A stretch of 64,000 nucleotides of DNA. It comes from a virus. The position numbers and the translations under genes are program-made. The stretch spans positions 31,213-95,212 of the IMG/VR virus record IMGVR_UViG_3300017716_002931; one strand, given 5' to 3'. Under the pieces are notes generated by a model. It did no database searches, had not been told where the DNA came from, and saw only the letters and a list, made by a program, of their open reading frames with translations. Below are positions 20,768-31,076 of this stretch, piece after piece. Positions within the stretch are counted from its first letter, which is position 1, and every line of letters begins with the position of its first letter.

Positions 20768-22094
20768 ATTTGAAAATATATCGATCCTTGGTTAAGATGA
20801 TACGAGGATCTTCTCTCAAAGCATTTCGATATGGTGTGAATGAAATCTGTCGTCCCCACCCCAAGTCGTCAAGGATTTCTCTCTTTGTTACAGATACATT
20901 CTTTTCAATATACTTGACAATATCAACATACACCTTGCTGCGTTTGATGATTTCGTAGTCATCGAAGATGTTCCAGTTATCAAACCAAGTCAAAACAGTG
21001 TTCTTGATATTGAGACTATCAGCAATTTCTTCTAGTTTATTACGATGATCCAATTTGAAATTCTTGTTGTCCAATGCATGTTCTAACTTGTTCAAAAACT
21101 CAGTTTCATTTTCATAGAACAAGGGATAATCAATACCAACCATTTCAGGATAACACAACTTCTTTGGAAGAAGATATGGCAAACCCCTCGTTAAGCCGTC
21201 TGTAACACTCAAGGACCACGCAGAATATGTTTGGAAGTATCCAACACCAACATGCATCTGTTTGATAAAGTCAAAATACTTGTTTCTCTCAAGTTCAACT
21301 CTCTTGATGTAGGGCCTAGACTCTTCTGCCAATGTCACGTACACCGTGAAATCTTGCCGTTTTGCCCACAACTTATCCATTACAGATACAAAATCATTCC
21401 ATCCTGTATAATCGTTGGGTCGATGGTTGAAGAAAATGCTCTTATCGATGGTCTTATCGTCACTGAAATCACTGTCAGCAGGAAGATAGTGAGGTTGAAT
21501 AATACGATTGAGCTTATTGATAACATCAGCACTAAAGTTGTCCGCTGCTCTATCAAGAATCAAATCCTTCAGCCACCTAGAATTTACTCCACACTCTTCC
21601 ATCTCAAGAGTCCCAAGAATGTTCAAATCAAACACGTCCTTTGGATATCCGGTGTTTTCAGCTACCTCATACCAATGGCAATATCCAACAAACTTTGGTC
21701 TGATACCAGCGTTGTTGTAAAAATAATTTGCTAGTTGAAGAGTTTGTTCCGGAAGATGTGAATAGATTATGTCATAATCCTTATTATGCACATCAAGAAG
21801 ATCAGATACTTTATCCACATTGAAATGAATACGCATTGTATTCGGATAGCTAGGGAACTTATAGTAAATTTGTTCGGTGTTATCATATTGAAGCAATTTT
21901 GTGTGAGAAGGAGTTACTATAGTCCAAAAGATATCATCACGAATAGAACGTAGTGCTCGAATCACACTAGCCAATACAATTACATAAGAATCCTTCTCAA
22001 GATTTTCAGAGTATGTTATATTTGGCCATACCAAAATCTTGTGTTTGTATTCCTTATCCAGCTCAGATTGTTCCGTTTCAAAAAATTCACTCAT
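20745..22094 (-). CDS. GT-B glycosyltransferase with C-terminal HTH-like domain
   Basis: [32 protein letters not shown]; C-terminal [22 protein letters not shown] is wHTH-like. Confidence 0.7.
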   Translation of the reverse strand: MSEFFETEQSELDKEYKHKILVWPNITYSENLEKDSYVIVLASVIRALRSIRDDIFWTIVTPSHTKLLQYDNTEQIYYKFPSYPNTMRIHFNVDKVSDLLDVHNKDYDIIYSHLPEQTLQLANYFYNNAGIRPKFVGYCHWYEVAENTGYPKDVFDLNILGTLEMEECGVNSRWLKDLILDRAADNFSADVINKLNRIIQPHYLPADSDFSDDKTIDKSIFFNHRPNDYTGWNDFVSVMDKLWAKRQDFTVYVTLAEESRPYIKRVELERNKYFDFIKQMHVGVGYFQTYSAWSLSVTDGLTRGLPYLLPKKLCYPEMVGIDYPLFYENETEFLNKLEHALDNKNFKLDHRNKLEEIADSLNIKNTVLTWFDNWNIFDDYEIIKRSKVYVDIVKYIEKNVSVTKREILDDLGWGRQISFTPYRNALREDPRIILTKDRYIFKSTEKTLE

Positions 22095-23044
22095 GTTGTG
22101 TATGACACTATAGTCTTTTTCATTGAGTCTGTAAAGTTGTTATACTCAATCTTTCCAAGTTTATTGGTGTAGTCTTCAGTATTAATAGCATATCTAAAAT
22201 CATGACCTTTTCTATCACCAACAAACTTTATGAAGTCATAATCAACTGTTTGGCCAGTTACCTCTTCATAACATTGCTTGATAATATATACCAACAACAG
22301 ATTAGATAGTTCACGATCTCCTCCGATTAAATACTGTTCACCAATTTCTCCTTTTTCCAAAATGTTGATCAACGCATTGACGTGATCTTTAACATAAATC
22401 CAGTCACGGACATTTTTGCCATCGCCGTATACCGGTACTGGCAACCGTCGCATAAAGTGATCGATGCAGGTTGGTATCATTTTCTCTTTATACTGCCGTG
22501 AACCAAAATTGTTGCTACAGTTTGTTATGATTGTGGGAAGTTTATGGGTTACATTATAACTCCTTACCAACAAATCGCTAGCAGCTTTACTGGCTGCATA
22601 GGGGCTATTGGGTCTATAGGGAGAGTTTACTGTGAACGGCGAATCATTCGGTCCCAAACTACCAAACACTTCGTCTGTTGACACGTGGATAAACTTTTTG
22701 AGGTGATCAATAGAACGAACGCATTCTAGTAGATTGTGTGTTCCGACCACATTGGTTTGAATAAATGGGGCAGAGTTTTTAATGCTGTTGTCCACGTGAC
22801 TTTCAGCAGCAAAATGAACCACGTAATTCACATGAAAGGTTTTGAGTATAAACAAAACAAAATCTTTGGTGATATCTACGCTGAACTGTTTGTACCGAGA
22901 ATCCAATTCAAACGGAAGATTCTTATTGGCAGCATATGTCATTGAATCAATGTTAACAACCTGTTCAACATCGTCACGTTTAAGAATCTCTTCTATAAAG
23001 TGAGATCCTATGAATCCACATCCTCCAGTTACCAATATTCTCAT
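22091..23044 (-). CDS. rmlB: dTDP-glucose 4,6-dehydratase
   Basis: [53 protein letters not shown]. Confidence 0.95.
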   Translation of the reverse strand: MRILVTGGCGFIGSHFIEEILKRDDVEQVVNIDSMTYAANKNLPFELDSRYKQFSVDITKDFVLFILKTFHVNYVVHFAAESHVDNSIKNSAPFIQTNVVGTHNLLECVRSIDHLKKFIHVSTDEVFGSLGPNDSPFTVNSPYRPNSPYAASKAASDLLVRSYNVTHKLPTIITNCSNNFGSRQYKEKMIPTCIDHFMRRLPVPVYGDGKNVRDWIYVKDHVNALINILEKGEIGEQYLIGGDRELSNLLLVYIIKQCYEEVTGQTVDYDFIKFVGDRKGHDFRYAINTEDYTNKLGKIEYNNFTDSMKKTIVSYTT

Positions 23045-24279
23045 ATCACCTCAAACTTTGGACATGGAACAATGAAGTGACCTCCCTCTTGTAGATACTT
23101 AACTTCACGTTTTTTGAATTCGTCGATGAAATGCCATGGAAGAACCAATAGATACTTGGGTTTAGCCTGTCTCATTTCTTCTTCTGAGTAGATTGGAATG
23201 TTTGTTCCCACCGTTTTTAATCCAAACTTGTATGGACTTCTTTCAGCTGCACCATCAATTAGGGTATTATCCAAACCGAAATATTGTAGAAGCGTGTTTC
23301 CCTTGGTAGACGCTCCATACACCCACACTTTGTCTCCTTGTGATTTTTTTAACGTAACAAACTCATGAACCGTATTTTTTAATTCACGCAACTTGTCGTA
23401 AAAATTGAGATAAAACTCAATGGTGTTTGCACCAATCTTGTTCTCATATTCAAACAATGAATTTACACGATATTGTGCAACATCTCTGTATGGCGCATTT
23501 GCAAATGACGTAAATGATGCGTCATTTTTTTGTAGATACACTCTGAATGATCCACCATTTACATCGTTTAGTTCACAATCGACAATCTTGAATTGGGTTT
23601 GTTGAAGAACATATGACAAAGAATGTAGAGTATAATACATCAGATGTTCATGACAAATATTGTCAAAAGCCATTTGTTGGATCATCAATGGGGTGTAACT
23701 CATTTGAATTATGAACATTCCGTCGTCCTTTAGAACCTCGTACACATCATTCAAAAATGATACGGGATCGGGCAAGTCATAAAACATTGCGATACACGTG
23801 ACAATATCACACTTACGTCCTTTGAATGTGCTTTTATCAAACGATTCTTTGGTAAAATAATCTTGTACAATTTCATCTGCAAATTTCTTGCTCTCTTTTG
23901 TATAAGACTCATTAGCAGGATCGATACCAATTTTTTCGTAGGTGTCAGGAACAAAACTCAATAGAGTTCCGTCATTACATGCAATGTCCAACCACAACGG
24001 TTGTTCGGTTGACTTATGTACAGACACACAACTATCCACAACGTTTTTAAGTTGGTTACGCATGGTTTGATTGGTGCCGGATCGATACCAATATCGACCA
24101 TACATTTTATTAGGATCAGCAGATTGTTCGAGTTGAACTAGTTTAGATGTTTTTGAGAACATCAACTTGAGTTCACTCTTATACTCATCGGGTGGCTGTT
24201 GTTGTACAAAATCTGATATGAACAAATTTCCGAGAGAAAACAGTTCGACCAATTCATCGTTGGCGACTCTACATTTCAT
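23041..24279 (-). CDS. NDP-hexose C-methyltransferase (Methyltransf_13/14 type)
   Basis: YWYRSG, DIACNDG, FDNICHEH, GGS, YGASTKGNTLL, LPWHF. Confidence 0.88.
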   Translation of the reverse strand: MKCRVANDELVELFSLGNLFISDFVQQQPPDEYKSELKLMFSKTSKLVQLEQSADPNKMYGRYWYRSGTNQTMRNQLKNVVDSCVSVHKSTEQPLWLDIACNDGTLLSFVPDTYEKIGIDPANESYTKESKKFADEIVQDYFTKESFDKSTFKGRKCDIVTCIAMFYDLPDPVSFLNDVYEVLKDDGMFIIQMSYTPLMIQQMAFDNICHEHLMYYTLHSLSYVLQQTQFKIVDCELNDVNGGSFRVYLQKNDASFTSFANAPYRDVAQYRVNSLFEYENKIGANTIEFYLNFYDKLRELKNTVHEFVTLKKSQGDKVWVYGASTKGNTLLQYFGLDNTLIDGAAERSPYKFGLKTVGTNIPIYSEEEMRQAKPKYLLVLPWHFIDEFKKREVKYLQEGGHFIVPCPKFEVI

Positions 24280-24283
24280 ATTA

Positions 24284-25147
24284 TTAATTCCAATTGTTTA
24301 AACAGTAGTCTAGTGCTTCGTTTACATCCCTCATTTTAATTCCCGTATCCAATAGTTTTTTATTACTCATCACACAATTAGAACGAGGAGTTTTTGCCGC
24401 TGTCTTATAGAAATCTTCCTCGTTATCAAAAAATTCAAACTCCCTATCTTTGGCGATTGTGTTTTTTATCTTCTCAATAACTTGTTTGGTTGTAACATGA
24501 CCAGTGTTAGTTACGTTGTAAGTCCCATATGGAACCTTCTTAAGAACACATTCAACACAAGCACGAACAAAATCTTCCTTATTAGAAATAGAGTTCTCAG
24601 CATCCAAAAGTTTTTTGTAATTCAACATTTTGGATAGATAATTCCTTGGATTATGATTTTCTTCAAAAGGAATCCTAAGTCTCCAAATATAGTGATTGTC
24701 GCCATTTCTACGAATCAAATCTTCTGCCAATGCTTTTGTTCCGCTATAAAAACTACAATTGTTGTGTTCAAAACTGAAATTAGGACGATCAATTTCCGTG
24801 AACGGGCTACCGTCGTTATTTCTTCCTGTGTAAATACATCCTGATGATACATGACCAAATGTTATATTGTGATCGTTACAAAAGATAGAAATCATGTCTG
24901 GTACACTGACATTTCCATAAATTGTATTGTGTTTGTCCGTCTCACACGCATCTACATTTGGTTTTCCAGTATATCCTGCGCAATTGATGATCGATGTCAA
25001 ACCCAACGCACCATGCAACAGTTTAAGCTGATTATATGTAAGTTCTTTTGTTGGGACGGAACAATTTCGAGTATCCACTCCTTTTTTGAAAAGTTGTTTA
25101 TGAAACTCTTGTCCAATATATCCCGACGACCCTAGTAATAATATCAT
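24284..25147 (-). CDS. NDP-4-keto-6-deoxyglucose 3,5-epimerase/4-reductase-like (NRS/ER, RmlD family)
   Basis: NCAGYTGKPNVDACE, SSGCIY, SFYSGTK, LRIP, PRNY, RSNC; no rmlC in the window. Confidence 0.8.
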   Translation of the reverse strand: MILLLGSSGYIGQEFHKQLFKKGVDTRNCSVPTKELTYNQLKLLHGALGLTSIINCAGYTGKPNVDACETDKHNTIYGNVSVPDMISIFCNDHNITFGHVSSGCIYTGRNNDGSPFTEIDRPNFSFEHNNCSFYSGTKALAEDLIRRNGDNHYIWRLRIPFEENHNPRNYLSKMLNYKKLLDAENSISNKEDFVRACVECVLKKVPYGTYNVTNTGHVTTKQVIEKIKNTIAKDREFEFFDNEEDFYKTAAKTPRSNCVMSNKKLLDTGIKMRDVNEALDYCLNNWN

Positions 25148-25983
25148 AATGATTCCAAGTAAGTTCTATATTCTGATTTTGGCATTTTATTTACCAACTT
25201 AGTTAACTGTGATCTATCTATAAATCCTTGATTCAGGCAATCTTCTTCAATACATGCAACTTTACATCCTTGACGGTCCTGAACCGTTTGTACGTAATTA
25301 CTAGCCTGAGATAGAGTTGTTGGTGATCCTGCATCCAACCAAGCCGTTCCTTTCGGCATTTTAATGACATTTAAGTTACCTGATTCCAAGTATTTACGGT
25401 TGATGTCGGTGATTTCAAGTTCTCCTCGTTTGGAGGGTTTTATACTCTTTGCATAATCTATCACTTTACCGTCGTAGAAATATAGGCCAGGAACGGCGTA
25501 TTTACTCTTAGGCGACGTTGGTTTCTCTTCTATGATCAACGCCTTGCCCGCGTCATCAAACTCAACCACACCGTATTCTTGTGGGTTGTTGACTTTATAG
25601 GCAAATATCACCGCACCTGTAAAGTCTACCCTCATTTTATTGAATCCGTGAAAAACGTTGTCTCCCAAGATCAATGCAATATTTTGTAGATCTATGAAAT
25701 CTTCAGCAATAAGAAACGATTGTGCAATTCCTTCTGGTTTTGGTTGGGCTTTGTATTCAATGTTTAATCCCAAATGATTTCCATCGCCAAACAACTTTTC
25801 ATATAGTGGAAGGAAATTGAAAGAAGAAATGATACAAATGTCTTTGATTCCACACGAAATCAATGTGGACAAAGGATAGTAGATCATCGGTTTGTCGTAA
25901 ACAGGCAATAGTTGTTTGTTCACCACCGTTGTAAGTGGATACAGTCTACTACCCGTTCCTCCCGATAAAATAATACCCTTCAT
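25144..25983 (-). CDS. rmlA: glucose-1-phosphate thymidylyltransferase
   Basis: GGTGSRLYP, KQLLPVYDKPMIYYPL, LGDN, EEKP, RGELEITD. Confidence 0.96.
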   Translation of the reverse strand: MKGIILSGGTGSRLYPLTTVVNKQLLPVYDKPMIYYPLSTLISCGIKDICIISSFNFLPLYEKLFGDGNHLGLNIEYKAQPKPEGIAQSFLIAEDFIDLQNIALILGDNVFHGFNKMRVDFTGAVIFAYKVNNPQEYGVVEFDDAGKALIIEEKPTSPKSKYAVPGLYFYDGKVIDYAKSIKPSKRGELEITDINRKYLESGNLNVIKMPKGTAWLDAGSPTTLSQASNYVQTVQDRQGCKVACIEEDCLNQGFIDRSQLTKLVNKMPKSEYRTYLESL

Positions 25984-26645
25984 TTATTAATCAACTTTTC
26001 GTACACGTTTCCAACGATCAAATTCAACTCTTCATTTGCAACAATTTCCTCGTATGTCTTTCCATTCGAAGACACATGTTGCCATTCCACTTGAAAATCC
26101 GCTGCTGCCTTGACTTTAGGATCGTTCCAACGTTCGTGATCATTTGCCGGTTCAACCCAAATCTTCTGATTGGTACTGGCAATGTCACTACGGATGCGTC
26201 TTCCCTCCGTTGGAAATCCGTATGTGTATTTTGAGACGTGGATTAACGATCCGTTCAAATCGTTCTTGATCCAACCCACTTCATCTTTGGGATAAAAATC
26301 ATAACGGATATCAGTGACAAAAACAACATCTGAATTGTCTTTCTCAATATCGGATTGAAGCTTCTCTACCCAATATCTTCCGTTGGTTTGTTTTCGTTTT
26401 ACGTCTCCATACCAAACCAACATTTCTCTAAAAACTTTCTTTTGATCTGTGTTTTCCGTAAACACATCCAATCCCAGCTTATCCTTGATAAACTCTTTAC
26501 AGTCATTCTTCAAATAGAATGCCAAAGCATATGAACTGCATGTTAGTCCATACTTTTCTGTTAGAATCTTTTTTGATATGTCACAAAACAGATTTTTACC
26601 TGCTCTTGCTACTCCTGAAATTCCAATATAACGTTTGTTACTCAT
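25980..26645 (-). CDS. deoxynucleoside monophosphate kinase (T4 gp1-like)
   Basis: GISGVARAGKN P-loop, ALA..LK, R..LV..G, VTDIRY. Confidence 0.75.
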   Translation of the reverse strand: MSNKRYIGISGVARAGKNLFCDISKKILTEKYGLTCSSYALAFYLKNDCKEFIKDKLGLDVFTENTDQKKVFREMLVWYGDVKRKQTNGRYWVEKLQSDIEKDNSDVVFVTDIRYDFYPKDEVGWIKNDLNGSLIHVSKYTYGFPTEGRRIRSDIASTNQKIWVEPANDHERWNDPKVKAAADFQVEWQHVSSNGKTYEEIVANEELNLIVGNVYEKLINK

Positions 26646-27150
26646 ATGTCATTATTGACTCGACTTCTTTATCTGTCAATCCGTATGCTTTACATATGGA
26701 TTTTAATTCGATAACACCGCTTTCATCTTTCATATAAAGATGACAGTATTCCTTGGCTTCTGACTTGGACACCTCAAACCTTTTTGACACCAAATTTAAC
26801 AAATCAGAGGTAAATCCTTTGGAGTTGGACTTGACATATGGAAAATATGTGGATGATTGATTTGTGACAGCGGTACACAACGTATAAAAATTACGTGACG
26901 GTATATCGGATTGGTATTTGGCTATACTCGATATGCTATCAATCGAACTACGATCCATAGACAAAAAACGCAGAATCATGAAGTGATTAAACGACTTCTT
27001 GTCTGCGTCTGATAACTTGTCGTAATAGTCAGAAGATTGTACTTTCCTGATATGGTTCACATGGTCAAACAATCCCAATGCTTTGGGGATTGGATTTCCA
27101 TTTTCATCGATCTCTACTTTCTTAGATTTTGTTGCCGGTTTTTTTGCCAT
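26638..27150 (-). CDS. clamp loader small subunit (T4 gp62-like)
   Basis: LFDHVNHI..K, FNHFMILRFLSMD, FPYVK, FEVSKSEAKEY pattern. Confidence 0.65.
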   Translation of the reverse strand: MAKKPATKSKKVEIDENGNPIPKALGLFDHVNHIRKVQSSDYYDKLSDADKKSFNHFMILRFLSMDRSSIDSISSIAKYQSDIPSRNFYTLCTAVTNQSSTYFPYVKSNSKGFTSDLLNLVSKRFEVSKSEAKEYCHLYMKDESGVIELKSICKAYGLTDKEVESIMTYE

Positions 27151-27424
27151 GTTTATCGATAATAGATTTGAACGTCTTGATATCAGATACTAAACGTTTC
27201 TGATTGTTAAGTAAAGATGTTATACTATTGTTTACATCTTCCGTGTTTTTGTCTATTACATCCTTGTTAACCAACAATATCTTGTGCATCTTATACAAGA
27301 AAAATGCCACTAGGATAAACCCTAGTGGCACTAGCACGGGAAATTTATAGGTCAACAATGCAAATACTCCAATAGCAATTTGTATTGTTATTTTATACAT
27401 TTTTTTCTTCGGATTCAACCTCAA
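27122..27424 (-). CDS. hypothetical membrane protein with coiled coil
   Basis: Two N-terminal hydrophobic segments. Confidence 0.55.
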   Translation of the reverse strand: MRLNPKKKMYKITIQIAIGVFALLTYKFPVLVPLGFILVAFFLYKMHKILLVNKDVIDKNTEDVNNSITSLLNNQKRLVSDIKTFKSIIDKHGKKTGNKI

Positions 27425-27552
27425 ATTGAGTTGTCTTTTTTGACTTATTCTTCTTTGATGTATTATTTACCTTGAACTTGTTTTTGCTCTTACGAGCCCG
27501 CTCAAAGGCATCCGAATCACGTTTATACGTCTTGCCCATAAATTTCACCCCC

Positions 27553-27864
27553 TTATCGATTAACAGTATCAGACTTATTAGTCATCGAAGACTTTACAGC
27601 CTTCTTAGGCGTCTCAGTCTTCTTAGGCTTGTCAGTCTTCTTAGGCTTGTCAGTCTTCTTGAGACGAGTAATCTCATTGCTCTTCGAGAGAACGCCATGA
27701 AGAGCGCGAACCTGACGACCGTTAAGTCCAATGGTGCTCTTTCCATCACTAATAGTGAGGGAAGTTGCACGATGAGCGCCGGCAAACGGCACTACAAACC
27801 GGGCAGCCAAACCAGCGGTCTTACATTGAATGATGTGTTGTCTATTTTGTGTCTTTATCTTCAT
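27553..27864 (-). CDS. small basic protein with KKTDKP repeats
   Basis: ORF with its own promoter (TTGACG-N16-TATGAT, 27944-27917). Confidence 0.65.
   Translation of the reverse strand: MKIKTQNRQHIIQCKTAGLAARFVVPFAGAHRATSLTISDGKSTIGLNGRQVRALHGVLSKSNEITRLKKTDKPKKTDKPKKTETPKKAVKSSMTNKSDTVNR
27601..27660. repeat. 18-bp tandem repeat x3.3 (coding)
   Basis: cttcttaggcttgtcagt units encode KKTDKP. Confidence 0.85.
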
Positions 27865-27958
27865 ATAACTTATTTTTTGTTTTTTAGTCTAGGTTAGTAT
27901 GTAACTAACTTCTACCATCATATCATACATAGAATATTCGTCAACAAAAATCGTATTT

Positions 27959-28897
27959 TTAATTAGGTTGTTTTGCCATAGATTCTTCAAACATAGTTAT
28001 GGCATAATCTTTGGCTTTGAACTCCATTTCAAGATCCAACGGACGATGTTCATTGAAGTATTCGATAGGAAAGGTTCTCACATAGTCAGTATGAGCACGT
28101 TCGTTGGAATTACCCACAATATTGTCGCTAAAATGAAACAACGGAATAGCTGTCGTCCACGTAGATCTGGCCATATCATACGCCTCTTGAGCTGTTTGAC
28201 GGCCACGATTGCATCGATAATGGAGATTATCATACGTAATTGGAATACCTGTTTGTTGATAAACGTGGGTATAAAGTTGTTCAACATTCCAACTATTGCC
28301 CTTGTCTTCATTCTCTAATACCAACCTTGACATTACCGACACATCCAAAGCCTTCCACACGTCAATAAAACGCTTTGCAACGTCTTTTAGATCAGCCCCC
28401 TTGAAACAATTCATGTGAATGTTGATGGGAGAGTTATAGTCTTGACTAAGACCCAAAAAATCCATCATTTTTCCATGACTGTTCAACTCAATAATAGATA
28501 TTTCTACCACTTTGGAATTGGCACTGGCAGGAACCACAAATTGATCAGGATGTGTAGAACAACGAATGTTGTGTTTTTTGATGAGACCATTACACAACTT
28601 GAACTCGGTTTGAATTTTGTCAAAGTTATAGGTGCTTTCAATAGACAAATTGGCGTCAGGAAGAGTTTCCAAAGGCATCAACCCGCTACTAATACGATAG
28701 TTCCATTTTTTGGCAGCGCACAATTCTAGGGTTTTACGAACAACATACACGTTTTGAAGTGTACGATCTGCTACAATTGTCTCAGCTTCCTTGCGTTCCA
28801 ATTTAAGGAACCGAGTTTTTGTCATGGTAGTGGATTTGATTCCTTGCTCTTGGAGAGACAAAGAAATACAACAAAGACTGAGGCGTATATTTTTCAT
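27959..28897 (-). CDS. uvsE: UV damage endonuclease
   Basis: YRISS, RCSTHPDQFVV, INIH, LENED, YDNLH, HFS, AHTDY, MEFKAKD. Confidence 0.92.
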   Translation of the reverse strand: MKNIRLSLCCISLSLQEQGIKSTTMTKTRFLKLERKEAETIVADRTLQNVYVVRKTLELCAAKKWNYRISSGLMPLETLPDANLSIESTYNFDKIQTEFKLCNGLIKKHNIRCSTHPDQFVVPASANSKVVEISIIELNSHGKMMDFLGLSQDYNSPINIHMNCFKGADLKDVAKRFIDVWKALDVSVMSRLVLENEDKGNSWNVEQLYTHVYQQTGIPITYDNLHYRCNRGRQTAQEAYDMARSTWTTAIPLFHFSDNIVGNSNERAHTDYVRTFPIEYFNEHRPLDLEMEFKAKDYAITMFEESMAKQPN

Positions 28898-28940
28898 ACA
28901 CCTACTTTACCACACCCACTACCGAAAGTAAAGGGTTTTT

Positions 28941-29576
28941 TTAATAGTAGACGGTTAGTTCTACTCTCTTCCACTTGGTGCCATCGTGAACGTAAATATA
29001 GTTTTCACAGATGATGATTTCACCGTAATATCCAGTCGTAGTTTCGTCCGGTTCACACTTTGCTCGATTGTCAATAATCAAAGTTTCAACTTGCAAGTAA
29101 TAAACACTCAAGTACGTGAAATTTGGAGTAGGTGTCGGAGTAGGTGTGTTAGTTGGCGTCGGAGTAGGCGGGACAAAATACGTAACCACCGGAGTGAGAC
29201 ATGGTGATGATGGAACAATCTCACAAATCTGACATGAACTTGTATTGGCTCCTCTGTTTTGCCAAGAAGTTCCTGTTTGACTATCCATTTTAACCCATGT
29301 GGCGTTTTTGTTTACACCACGATTTAAAATCACTCCATACTTGTTTAGAAGATTGCCTATGCTTGTGCTAGCATAGTTCAATATGGTGAAATTGACATCG
29401 CCGGGGTACTTGTATGACAGTACATTTCCACTCTTTTGTAGAATTGTACCTTGTGGTCCCGTGAATATGCCGTTTGGAGAATTGTCAACAGAATTTGGAT
29501 CGGTAATGGTTTCAGAAACCGTTACCAATCTGTTGACAAACGAATTGATTCTGTTGTATGCGATGAAATCTAACAC
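28941..29576 (-). CDS. putative virion fibre/decoration protein with PT linker
   Basis: PPTPTPTNTPTPTPTP linker; C-terminal GEIII.ENYIYVHDGTKWKRVEL fibre-type motif; late motif at 29601. Confidence 0.55.
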   Translation of the reverse strand: MLDFIAYNRINSFVNRLVTVSETITDPNSVDNSPNGIFTGPQGTILQKSGNVLSYKYPGDVNFTILNYASTSIGNLLNKYGVILNRGVNKNATWVKMDSQTGTSWQNRGANTSSCQICEIVPSSPCLTPVVTYFVPPTPTPTNTPTPTPTPNFTYLSVYYLQVETLIIDNRAKCEPDETTTGYYGEIIICENYIYVHDGTKWKRVELTVYY

Positions 29577-29613
29577 AGGTATACCCTTCTATATTCAGGG
29601 TATAAATATAGGG

Positions 29614-30798
29614 TCACCGTCCAACTTCGTTAAAAAAGTTGTTTTTAGCATCGGTATATGACATTCCTATCATTTTGTTATAAAAAAGAGTGTCTGTTTT
29701 GAGATTTCCTTCTGTTTTTAACTTCAAATATCGATCTTTAGCTTTTGGTTTCCACCAATCAAATATGGCCTTCTTATCATCAACAAACAGTTGCTTCATA
29801 ACCAACTGATCGTCAGTGATTTTACCACACAAATACTCCTTAGTATTGTTATAGAATGGACTATAGTAAACTCCACGTTCGTATCCATGAACATAGTCTT
29901 GAGTTTTGATGTTTAAAGTTTGAAAAATCATAGATATGACTCTCTGTTTTGCACCTGTAACAGGCCCAGATACATTTTCCTTCTGAGTCATCTTCTTATC
30001 ATACTCCACAGATCGATTTTCCTTAATCCAATCGTGCCATATCTTATATACGGTGTCATCCGGCTTAATTGGTATCTTGCCAGTAGAAGATCCACACTTG
30101 TGCCACCACTTCAAACTGTTGTACATACTGTAACTTCCGTACAAACTTGTCGTAGTCATGCCCGCCAATGTCTGGCCATAGAGCTTTTTCCATACATCTC
30201 GTACAACAGATGATGTAACCAAACATGCCACCAGCTTGCCACCAAGAAAATTGTATCCAAACGGTTGTGTACTCATAATGCAGCTGCCAATAGCACTATG
30301 AACCAACTTTTTATCTATCAGTTTGTTCTCCGAAGTCCACCCAATGTACTTGTCTCTAGTAGTAATGGTGATTACGTCACTCGAAACAGATGTAGCACCA
30401 AGATACCGAGGGTTATCTTCGTTGCCATCGGTGATCAAGAACTTCAAAAACCTACCAGGCGTCTGACTGAACTCCATTGTGTGACAAAATACCCGAACCA
30501 TCAACCACGCAAACTCCTGAGCCTCAGTTTCTACGTGGACGATAGTAGGATTCAGTTCGTCCAACTCCTTTAGAGTCAATTCTTCGTTGTTAATGTCGGT
30601 AGGCGCCCAAATCTTAGCTTTGATCAACGCACTTTTTGATATAGATGGTCGATATTCCTGAACTTCTTCGTATTTTTTGTAAAACGTGGCTTCTTCAACG
30701 GTCATAGCCTTGAGAAAGTCGATATTTTTGACAAACTTCTTCTTCTCAAGTTCAAAATCAAACTCGTCAATATTAAAAAATTCGTGTGCGGCGCTCAT
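29614..30798 (-). CDS. DUF4338 (DruA-like) domain protein
   Basis: PGR.LKF, RDKYIGW, QPFGYNFLGGKLVA, TTTSLYG..SMYN. Confidence 0.7.
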   Translation of the reverse strand: MSAAHEFFNIDEFDFELEKKKFVKNIDFLKAMTVEEATFYKKYEEVQEYRPSISKSALIKAKIWAPTDINNEELTLKELDELNPTIVHVETEAQEFAWLMVRVFCHTMEFSQTPGRFLKFLITDGNEDNPRYLGATSVSSDVITITTRDKYIGWTSENKLIDKKLVHSAIGSCIMSTQPFGYNFLGGKLVACLVTSSVVRDVWKKLYGQTLAGMTTTSLYGSYSMYNSLKWWHKCGSSTGKIPIKPDDTVYKIWHDWIKENRSVEYDKKMTQKENVSGPVTGAKQRVISMIFQTLNIKTQDYVHGYERGVYYSPFYNNTKEYLCGKITDDQLVMKQLFVDDKKAIFDWWKPKAKDRYLKLKTEGNLKTDTLFYNKMIGMSYTDAKNNFFNEVGR

Positions 30799-31076
30799 TA
30801 GGTTTTATTCTCAGGTTTGTATAAGGTGAAGTTCTTTGTTAGATACTTCTTAAAGACAATTTCAAATACAGATCCATCTTTTGCCAACTTAACATCCTTC
30901 AACTCATAGTACATGATTACACAGTCACTTGGAAGTTCTTTGATTTTATTTTTAACAGTGCGTTCATCTCCTATAGAAAGAATTGACTTTGGATCAGAAA
31001 AATCTTTTCCGTTTGCCGCATCATATAGTACGTATGCCGCTCCTTTACACAATTGGATGTAGTGATAGTTTTTCAT
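30798..31076 (-). CDS. hypothetical protein
   Basis: ORF coupled to the downstream gene. Confidence 0.6.
   Translation of the reverse strand: MKNYHYIQLCKGAAYVLYDAANGKDFSDPKSILSIGDERTVKNKIKELPSDCVIMYYELKDVKLAKDGSVFEIVFKKYLTKNFTLYKPENKT

Noticed and set aside
29614-30798. Complete Druantia defence system
   Set aside because: No DruE helicase or other dru genes nearby
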